DNA from: an uncultured bacterium
GTDB lineage: Bacteria > SAR324 > NAC60-12
NCBI GenBank assembly: GCA_964010765.1
Contig: CAXGMD010000045.1
Coordinates: 1-28,122 of the forward strand
Length of the DNA stretch: 28,122 nt
Direction: 5' to 3'
Shown here: positions 1 through 7,032 of the stretch, piece by piece
How the letters are laid out: each line of letters begins with the position of its first letter
Position numbering within the stretch: the stretch's first letter is position 1
Notes under the pieces: model-generated
Databases searched by the model: none
What the model saw: the letters and a program-made list of their open reading frames with translations, nothing else
What the model was told of the DNA's origin: nothing
Translations under genes and position numbers: made by a program

Positions 1-102
1 TCCCTTTAACTTGTCTGGATGCATGTTGGAGCCAATCGCAAAATTCCAAATATCTTCCGTAGTTTGTTCTGGAGGATTTTCAGCAGATGTCGGTGGGATC
101 AT
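1..102 (-). CDS. Gamma-glutamylcyclotransferase-like protein, 5' part (runs off the window edge)
   Basis: Manual translation from ATG at 102: MIPPTSAENPPEQTTEDIWNFAIGSNMHPDKLKG. WNFAIGSNM resembles the GGCT/AIG2 N-terminal motif YFAYGSNM. Not in the ORF track. Confidence 0.6.
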   Translation of the reverse strand, partial: MIPPTSAENPPEQTTEDIWNFAIGSNMHPDKLKG

Positions 103-221
103 GGGGTTAAATTGCGGTTGAAAGCAAAACTAAGTTGCTTGGGCTTTTTTTGGCAACGTGATTATCAATTGAGCGAGCGAAGCAAGCTACGGTCAATGGT
201 GAGTTGACCAAATGTGAATTC

Positions 222-1151
222 CTACATGTTGACAAGTTCACACATCTGTTCAGCTGTTTCCTGTAAGACCGGCCAATTTTCTGTATGTGAATTGTATGCG
301 ATATGATCCAAACCAATGTGAAGATAACAAGCGCTAAGTCGTTCTTCTAGATTTGTTGGTGTGTAACCAACTTGAATCCATCGATTTTCCAGGGCTTCTC
401 GAAGCAGGGGAACATCGAGATTTGTGTGCCAGGGCGCCCAGAATTCAAACCAGGCCAAATCGTAGAGGTGATCTCCCAAACGTCCACAGCCCCAATCAAA
501 GACTGCGTTGATGCGTCCTCCATCAACTAGGACATTACGATTCATCAAATCGCAGTGCAGCAAAGAACGAGGGACATCCGTTAAGGCAAAATTCTTCAAC
601 TTATCCAACCCTCGCTCAAAAACATCCCTTCCTGATGGAGAATTCTGTTCCAGTTTGCGACGCCAACCGTGAGTCCGTTGGGTCGGCTTGTCTTCAACAA
701 CAGTGAGCAGATGTTCCCTCCAAGTAGCACAATTAGCGGTGCCATCTTTGTCCCAATGTCCCACTCCAGCGGTCTCTTTGAGATCTGCAGTTCGCAAAGC
801 CTCCAGTACATTGACCAAATCCGGAATCACGCCCCGCCAAATCTCAGGGGCCACATTCTCAAGAGGAATCCCATGTGCTCTGCGAGAGATAGCAAAGTAG
901 CCATCCAGCGCTTCCCCCACCTCAAAAACCTCAGGAATGGGGAGCAGTGCTGAGCTAAATCTGGCCGCCCAGCGATCTTTTTGAAAATCTTCGATGTAAC
1001 GCCCAAAGCGGATTGCATATTCCTGGTCTCCAACAATGTATCCAAAACAACGAGACCAAGCGCCCTGGCCGATCATCGTAAGCTGTTGAGGCTCAGCTGA
1101 GAGATGGCTTCGTAGAAAATGATGGGCTTGATTTGGGGATACCGCTGACAT
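222..1151 (-). CDS. Aminoglycoside phosphotransferase (APH) family kinase, hygromycin-B kinase-like
   Basis: HCDLMNRN catalytic loop and DWG motif. N-lobe GQGAWSRCF..KDR..LPIPEV..ISRRAHG resembles APH(4)/Hph. Start moved from 1244 to ATG 1151 (MSAVSPNQ). Confidence 0.85.
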   Translation of the reverse strand: MSAVSPNQAHHFLRSHLSAEPQQLTMIGQGAWSRCFGYIVGDQEYAIRFGRYIEDFQKDRWAARFSSALLPIPEVFEVGEALDGYFAISRRAHGIPLENVAPEIWRGVIPDLVNVLEALRTADLKETAGVGHWDKDGTANCATWREHLLTVVEDKPTQRTHGWRRKLEQNSPSGRDVFERGLDKLKNFALTDVPRSLLHCDLMNRNVLVDGGRINAVFDWGCGRLGDHLYDLAWFEFWAPWHTNLDVPLLREALENRWIQVGYTPTNLEERLSACYLHIGLDHIAYNSHTENWPVLQETAEQMCELVNM

Positions 1152-1236
1152 CGATCTTGAAGTGAAGGCCGTGTTCCAAAAATCTGGGAGTTGAATCAAC
1201 CCTTTGAAACAACGTAGGAGCTTGGCAATTGTGAGT

Positions 1237-1655
1237 ACTGACAAGAAGTTTGTCTAGACCGACCCCTTAGATGGATGATCTAAGCAAATTAATCCAGTTC
1301 TTTGTCAGCGTCGGCAAGATGATGGGCAGGAGCCAGAGAATGGGAGAGGATGTGGGATCTGTTGGCACAGCCAGGAAAAGTGACTTTAAAACCTGGCTGT
1401 GCCTTCAGGTGAGAGGATTGGGCTAAGTCAAGACCCTCACCTGAGGTCGTTGTAGAACTATGCAAACAAAGATACGCCTCAGCACCCAGAGAGACTCGTT
1501 GTAAACCCTCTGGGCGTGAGAATCAGCAGAGAGTGAAACACTCCCCGTTTGAGCAAGATAGTCATGAAGATTTTCTCGGTTCCACTGCTGGGCCCCGAAT
1601 CTTCATAATATAGGCATCCTGTCCTGGAAAATCCGGACTCTCAACCTATGGTCGG
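1237..1655 (-). ncRNA. Candidate structured RNA (sRNA or long 5' leader) made of tandem hairpins
   Basis: Stems at 1610-1649, 1562-1608, 1527-1547, 1478-1520, 1405-1444, 1364-1403 (perfect 12 bp GGCACAGCCAGG/CCTGGCTGTGCC) and 1237-1309. Most stem mismatches become G-U pairs on the minus strand. No ORF of 60 aa or more lies inside it. Confidence 0.6.
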
Positions 1656-1662
1656 GTAAGCT

Positions 1663-1732
1663 AGTCTTTAGTTGATTATTTACCAGCAAAGTTTGAGAGC
1701 AGATTGAGCAGATTTAAATTAAGTTATTGATA
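1663..1732 (-). promoter_or_regulatory. Duplicated promoter-like element, copy L
   Basis: Reverse complement of 1679-1730 matches 4721-4772 at 42/52 nt ungapped. TATCAATAACTTA (1732-1720) fits the IHF consensus WATCAANNNNTTR. CTCAA at 1708-1704 and 1697-1693. TTGCTG-N15-AAGACT. Confidence 0.65.
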
Positions 1733-1851
1733 AATTTAATGAAAATTTCAAAGCGCGAAAAGCGTAATTCCAAAAAAAATCTTTTTTTATTTTATCGAAA
1801 AACCTATCGTGCCGATTTTAAAACCAACTGCTCTGCTCTCTATTGCTGACC

Positions 1852-4611
1852 ATGCTTTACAGATACTCATTCACAATTTGGATGCTGATCTTCGTTGGGA
1901 GTATTCTCTCAGGTGTCCATAGCTGGGCGAAGTCACCCGTTGAACTCAATGCCGGGTTTGAGTCAATCTATCTTCGCTCCGAATTGGAGTTCCTTGAAGA
2001 TCCCTCAGGATTGATATCATTGGAGCAGGTGCTGAGTGCTGAAAATCAGCAGCGCTTTCAACCCAACGGAGAAAAGGTTTTTAATCAAGGAAATACAAAC
2101 TCGGTCTATTGGTTGCGTTTCAGTGTTGCGAATCCCACCGCCAAATCCATTCCCCTAATCTTCAGTATTGAGAACATTTACGGATCCCTTGAACTCTATG
2201 GAATAAAGCCGACTGGAGAGAGTTCCTTGGTTTTCCAGAAATCAGCCCGACAGCTTGTCAAGGAGGGAGGAACAACCTGGGATCTGCAGAATACTTTGAT
2301 ATCGGCAAATGCTAATCAGCAAACAGAATACTACCTGCGTCTTGAACCCAACCTGATTCTACGAGCAGAAATTTCAATTTGGGAACCAGAGGCGCTTAGA
2401 GAGGATTTCACTGACAGATACAATCTACTAAGTCTTAGCTGGGGGGCGATTAGTTGTAACGCATTTTTCAGTCTTTTGTTCTTCTTTTTTCTTCGCGATA
2501 GAACCTACTTATTCTACGGCCTGCATCTACTTTTCTTCACCTTCCACCGCATGTTTACTAAGGGATGGTGGATCACTGACTTTCCAAGCCTCGATTGGTT
2601 CAACTGGGTACGCATCTATGTTGTGGGATTGTCAATCATCACCGTCTTACTTTTCTTCTCAAAAGTCCTAGATCTAAAAAAGAAACATCCAATTTCGCAC
2701 AAGATCATCAGATCTGCTGTGCTCTGCATTCTTGGAATCTCATTCCTAGTGGCTTGGTTCGAGCCCCATCAAGCATTTCGAGTCTTCATGACCCTCTCAG
2801 CCATTTCCACCCTGTTTCTGCTGATTCCTTACAGGGCTTGGAGAACTGGAGACAAGAACGCCCTCTTCTATTCCCTGGGCTGGGGACTCCTATGCGTATC
2901 TACTTTGATAGGAGCTCTAAATGCCATGGGATTTCTGGAGTTTCCAACTCCTGTCTACTTTGTAATGGAATTGGGTGCTTTTTCAGAGTCCCTCCTTTTC
3001 TCAATCGCATTGGCATTTCGAGTTCCTCAGAATGTTCGGGAACGCCAGAGAGCCCAAGAACAATTGTTGAAGCAAATGCAGGCGACGGAACGCTTCAAAA
3101 ATCAATTTCTGGCTAACACCTCTCACGAACTGAAAACACCCTTGCATGGCATCATGGGACTCGCAGAAAACCTGCTTACTGAAGCTCGTCAGCAAGGCAT
3201 GCAGCAGATGTCTGAAACGCTCCATTTGATGATCCAAAGCGGAAGGCGCTTGAATCTGCTCATCAATAATCTACTGGATCAGGCAGCACTAAGAGAGAAT
3301 CGATTAACAATGCATCCAGAGCTATGCTACCTGCAGCCGCTCGTGCGCTCTGCGGTGGACCTGGTCAACGTCCAATTTTCTACAAAAAAGCTCCGCGTCG
3401 AAAATCAGGTGTCTGAATTTGTCCTCCCAGTTCATGCGGACCCATCAAGGATTGAGCAGGTTCTGCTAAACCTCCTTTACAATGCATGTAAATTTACCTC
3501 GCAAGGACGAATTCAAATTCGATCCGCAACAGATGATGAGAGTGTACGAACCGAGATTCACGATTCAGGACCAGGTGTTCATGATGCTGATCGTAAAATG
3601 ATCTTCGAAGCCTTCGAACAACAAAACTCGGCTGTGACAGAAGGCATCGGCCTGGGCCTTTCAATCTCGAGAGAAATCATTGAGGAACATGGAGGTCAAA
3701 TCGGAGTAGAGCCTTCTCCTCTGGGCGGGGCGTGCTTCTGGTTCTCTCTGCCACTGGCTCAACCCACTCAAATCCCTTTGACGGAGGAGGGGCTCAATGA
3801 AAAAACCAGTGATGAAATTTCTTTTCCCTCCAGAGTCACATCAAATTTAAGGACTAGTGGGAGTATTTCCATTTTGATTGTCGATGATGATCCCGTAAAT
3901 CTGCACATCCTCACAGGGATGCTCACTGAAACTGACTGGACCTTCACCTGTTGCAGCTCTGGTCAGGAAGCCCTGGAGTTAATGAGTCAAACCTCAGACT
4001 TTGACTTAGTGTTACTGGACTTGATGATGGATGGAATGGACGGCATTGAGCTCTGCACAACTCTACGCCAACGATTTACCAAGGAGGATTTGCCGATTCT
4101 CTTTCTGACTGCACTGAGTCGGAGTGAGGAGTTGACCCAGGCTTTTGAAGCGGGTGCAAACGACTATCTGACAAAGCCAATTCAGAAAGCGGAATTGAAA
4201 GCCAGAATTTCTTCACAGCTCGAACTCGCGCAATTGCGCCATTCAAATCCACCGGCTGTTCATGGGAATAGTAAATCGATGAGAGATCTGCTCGCCCAAA
4301 CCATGCAGGTTGTAGTTCATTGCTGGGAACATTGCCAAGGGAAGGATCAAATTTCCTTGGCTCAGGAATCAAAACTTTGGGGGGCATACCTGGATAAGAC
4401 CAATGGGGTCTGGCGATCACCCGGAATTAGACAATACCTCTCCGCCTCCTCCATGCCTCAAAGGCCACGCTGGCGTAAAGTTGCTCAGACTGTTGAGTTT
4501 CTTCAAGCTCGGCTTCCAGAGGATGACTCCCACCAGCAAGAACTTTCAGAGTTACTTGCAGAAATCTACGAGAAGTCCCACCAGGAAGGCCCCAATTCAT
4601 CCGAGCCCTAA
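1852..4611 (+). CDS. 7TMR-DISMED2/7TM hybrid sensor histidine kinase (HisKA-HATPase-REC) with C-terminal ChiS-like DNA-binding domain
   Basis: Signal peptide; DISMED2-like LEFLEDPSG..YWLRF; about 7 hydrophobic helices; H-box FLANTSHELKTPL; N/G boxes NLLYNACKFT, DSGPG, GIGLGL; REC IVDDD..LLDLMM..LTA..TKP; tail LAQESKLWGAYLD..YL..MPQRPRWRKV. Start taken as ATG 1852. Confidence 0.92.
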   Translation: MLYRYSFTIWMLIFVGSILSGVHSWAKSPVELNAGFESIYLRSELEFLEDPSGLISLEQVLSAENQQRFQPNGEKVFNQGNTNSVYWLRFSVANPTAKSIPLIFSIENIYGSLELYGIKPTGESSLVFQKSARQLVKEGGTTWDLQNTLISANANQQTEYYLRLEPNLILRAEISIWEPEALREDFTDRYNLLSLSWGAISCNAFFSLLFFFFLRDRTYLFYGLHLLFFTFHRMFTKGWWITDFPSLDWFNWVRIYVVGLSIITVLLFFSKVLDLKKKHPISHKIIRSAVLCILGISFLVAWFEPHQAFRVFMTLSAISTLFLLIPYRAWRTGDKNALFYSLGWGLLCVSTLIGALNAMGFLEFPTPVYFVMELGAFSESLLFSIALAFRVPQNVRERQRAQEQLLKQMQATERFKNQFLANTSHELKTPLHGIMGLAENLLTEARQQGMQQMSETLHLMIQSGRRLNLLINNLLDQAALRENRLTMHPELCYLQPLVRSAVDLVNVQFSTKKLRVENQVSEFVLPVHADPSRIEQVLLNLLYNACKFTSQGRIQIRSATDDESVRTEIHDSGPGVHDADRKMIFEAFEQQNSAVTEGIGLGLSISREIIEEHGGQIGVEPSPLGGACFWFSLPLAQPTQIPLTEEGLNEKTSDEISFPSRVTSNLRTSGSISILIVDDDPVNLHILTGMLTETDWTFTCCSSGQEALELMSQTSDFDLVLLDLMMDGMDGIELCTTLRQRFTKEDLPILFLTALSRSEELTQAFEAGANDYLTKPIQKAELKARISSQLELAQLRHSNPPAVHGNSKSMRDLLAQTMQVVVHCWEHCQGKDQISLAQESKLWGAYLDKTNGVWRSPGIRQYLSASSMPQRPRWRKVAQTVEFLQARLPEDDSHQQELSELLAEIYEKSHQEGPNSSEP

Positions 4612-4718
4612 GGCCCCAAACTCCCACTAAATTCCCACTGTTTCCCCTATTCCTTCCAGTCTGCAAAGCAATTTTGAATCTGAATTTTTCCAATTGAGCT
4701 GATTAAATTTTCATATAT

Positions 4719-4788
4719 ATTCAATGACTTGTTCTAAATTTACTCAAAATGCTCTCAATCTTTGCTGGCAAAAATTTGGGGGCAAACT
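4719..4788 (+). promoter_or_regulatory. Duplicated promoter-like element, copy R
   Basis: 4721-4772 matches copy L at 42/52. ATTCAATGACTTG (4719-4731) is one mismatch from the IHF consensus. CTCAA at 4743 and 4754. TTGCTG-N15-CAAACT. Confidence 0.65.
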
Positions 4789-4843
4789 ACTGTCTCTCCC
4801 AGCGTTTCAATCCAAATCAATTGTTTTTCCTCGCAGTCACCCC

Positions 4844-5053
4844 ATGGTTGTTCAATACAAAAGAACCGATAATCAACATCAATTCAGTATCCAGGGGGAA
4901 GCAACTGAAAAGGAGGTAGAGGCACTTCTGCAACGATTCCAGGAGTTGCTTCATCCTGAACCGGACTTGCAGGTCAATCTTGTTTTGGATTGTTCAGACT
5001 ATTTAGGGAGACGTTCTGAAGACCCTGCTCCTCCCGAAGGCAGCGAATCCTGA
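4844..5053 (+). CDS. Small hypothetical protein (69 aa), weak resemblance to the N-terminal half of a STAS/SpoIIAA fold
   Basis: ATG 4844. FSIQGE..EVEALLQRFQELL..VNLVLDCSDY gives a beta-alpha-beta pattern. No clear SD. The upstream ATG at 4724 lies inside the promoter element. Confidence 0.45.
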   Translation: MVVQYKRTDNQHQFSIQGEATEKEVEALLQRFQELLHPEPDLQVNLVLDCSDYLGRRSEDPAPPEGSES

Positions 5054-5249
5054 CTTTGCTTCCGTTAGGGGAATCCAACGTCTCCTCCTAGTCCGATTTA
5101 CAAAGAATTCGGAACCAGATGGTTCCAGACGTAACAGGCGGGATGCCCATGAAATCATTGCCATATCGGGTTTCTCGCCACCACAAAATAGGATGCTTGC
5201 TCGTTGAGCAACAGTGGTGTGAGAGACCGTGACACCTGAACCTCTCTCA
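5039..5249 (+). ncRNA. Candidate structured RNA or leader of tandem hairpins
   Basis: Stems 5039-5063, 5078-5132 (inner TCCGA/TCGGA and GGAACC/GGTTCC), 5137-5179, 5179-5219 and 5220-5249. G-U pairs favour the plus strand. Confidence 0.45.
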
Positions 5250-5269
5250 GCATTGGAAAGGAGAGCACC

Positions 5270-5548
5270 ATGTCATTTTCTCAGCCTTTGAATCCAACCA
5301 AGAAATTCGCAACACACCCGATGTCCTCTCGACTTCGTGATTGGGAAGACCTTAAAGTTCATTTGATCTTCTCGGCAGGTCGCCTTTCGCCAGAGTTGTT
5401 TGATTTGTTGCTCCGATGGCTGGGTCGACGAAAGGAAGAGCCTCAAATCTGCTTGTTGTTCTGGCTCGCCACCTACAATCCAACTTTGTTTCATTTGACC
5501 CTGGCCGTTCGTCGTTTCTTACTCAGCCCTATGCAGTTGATCAAATAG
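5270..5548 (+). CDS. Hypothetical protein (92 aa)
   Basis: Strong SD AAGGAG 6 nt before the ATG; helical Leu/Trp-rich sequence; no family recognised. Confidence 0.6.
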   Translation: MSFSQPLNPTKKFATHPMSSRLRDWEDLKVHLIFSAGRLSPELFDLLLRWLGRRKEEPQICLLFWLATYNPTLFHLTLAVRRFLLSPMQLIK

Positions 5549-5638
5549 ACTCTGGAACATCACTGAACTCGTTCTGAGCAAGAAATACTATCAGCAGCAC
5601 CCCTCTCAATTAGACTTACTTTTTAAGCAGTGACAACC

Positions 5639-5881
5639 ATGATTCACTTTCCTAGGAGGGTTCTCCCCAAACAATCTCGTAAAGCTGAGAGCAAGCGGCC
5701 AACTCGTGAAGAGATTGAAGATCAAGTGGCCAAGTTCCTACAGCAAGGAGGAGTGATTCAGCAGCTTCATCCTGAAACAACCCAAAACACTGGGCTAGCA
5801 GAAATCGGTTCGCAAATTGATTTGAACATTCAAGGGTTGAACGAGGAAGCTCGCTTGAATCTGGATAATTTCAGCAAATAA
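5639..5881 (+). CDS. SutA-like small protein (putative RNA polymerase-binding domain)
   Basis: PTREEIEDQVAKFLQQGGVIQQL resembles the SutA core (EEFLARGGKVQEI type). Start is ATG 5639 or GTG 5630. Confidence 0.65.
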   Translation: MIHFPRRVLPKQSRKAESKRPTREEIEDQVAKFLQQGGVIQQLHPETTQNTGLAEIGSQIDLNIQGLNEEARLNLDNFSK

Positions 5882-5888
5882 TTGAACG

Positions 5889-6323
5889 GTGCAAAGATTG
5901 AATCCAAGAATATTACTCCTGGAAAATGCTAAAGAAAACGCTGCTCCATTCGTCAATAATTTAGAACAACTAGGCTGGCAGGTTGATTTTGTTCAGGATG
6001 GTATCGACGCTCTGGTAATTGGCCTAACAACGCATTTCGATACTGCATTGCTCGACCTCGACATCATGGATATCGATCCACTACGCTTGGTGCAGCATCT
6101 CCATCAGCATTCTGCATCCCTTCAAATCATTGGAATGAGCCACTTTACTAGTTCAGAGGATTTTCAAAGAGTGATGAAAGCAGGAGCGGCCCACCTGCTA
6201 GCAAAGCCACTTTCGCTTGGTCAACTTGTTCAGTTGTTACCTCCACGAATTCGAGTTGCTCCATCGCATCTTGCCACTTCCAAAACTACAGTCCCCAACT
6301 TTCAGGCAAACTCCTTTCGCTAA
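5889..6323 (+). CDS. Single-domain response regulator (REC), atypical acidic pocket
   Basis: ILLLEN..DGIDAL..FDTALLDLD..IIGMS..KAGAAHLLAKP; no output domain. Confidence 0.85.
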   Translation: MQRLNPRILLLENAKENAAPFVNNLEQLGWQVDFVQDGIDALVIGLTTHFDTALLDLDIMDIDPLRLVQHLHQHSASLQIIGMSHFTSSEDFQRVMKAGAAHLLAKPLSLGQLVQLLPPRIRVAPSHLATSKTTVPNFQANSFR

Positions 6324-6729
6324 CTCCTCCCGTAAGCTCATCGCTTTCATAAGTTTACTAAATCCAAAAACAAGCATTGCACTTGAATTACCACTGGAGG
6401 ATCGTCAATTTGTCATGCGGTTTACCGGGCGGTTTCTACTTTTTAAAGTATTTCGGTGCTTTACTCTTCTTAGCCTGGATTAAAAAAAGTGATAACTGGT
6501 CATACAGATTGAATGCATCAACGAGCTTGAACACCTATTCATCAGAAGACTTTAACTTTATCCAAAATATTAATATTATTAATTAAATTTAGAATCATCA
6601 ATCCTCTCTAAAATTTTCCTCCCCCCGCTCTCCTCTGAATTCAGCATCTCTTTTGATAAGACATTAAGTAGACGGTCGGTGCAACGGTCACTGACAAATT
6701 CGAAAATATGAACGCTAGAGGAGATTTCC

Positions 6730-6906
6730 ATGAATGCGCTGAACAACCTCTTTTTTGGATTCATCAAGGTCGGTATCCTCTTGGTCATCGTATCTCTGAT
6801 TGTGGCAGGAATCATGTCGGAAGGTACGGGCTTCGTACTGGGGATTGCGTGCGCTGGCTTGGTGAGTATGGTCTTTGTGGTAGCTCTGCTGGAACAGAAG
6901 TCCTGA
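6730..6906 (+). CDS. Small two-helix membrane protein (58 aa)
   Basis: SD GAGGAG then ATG 6730: MNALNNLFFGFIKVGILLVIVSLIVAGIMSEGTGFVLGIACAGLVSMVFVVALLEQKS. Below the ORF-track cutoff. Confidence 0.7.
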   Translation: MNALNNLFFGFIKVGILLVIVSLIVAGIMSEGTGFVLGIACAGLVSMVFVVALLEQKS

Positions 6907-7032
6907 TTGGTCAATTCCGCTTAATCTCGTTTTGTGGCAGGAGAGCTTATATCTTCTGCCAGATCCTCTCCACTCCGATAACACGCCCATTCCCGTTTAA
7001 AGCAAGCATCACCTCAAACTTTCTACTTCCCT

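Noticed and set aside
1237..1655. Hairpin tract as a CRISPR array or CsrB/RsmZ-type sRNA
   Set aside because: The hairpins share no repeated sequence, and no cas or nuclease gene is nearby. GGA words are few and mostly in stems, not loops.
1679..4772. Kinase gene as transposon cargo between terminal inverted repeats
   Set aside because: No transposase and no target-site duplication; kept only as an alternative reading of the repeat.
4765..4782. CTGGCAAAAATTTGG as a sigma54 -24/-12 promoter
   Set aside because: No GC at the required GG-N10-GC position, and copy L lacks the pattern.
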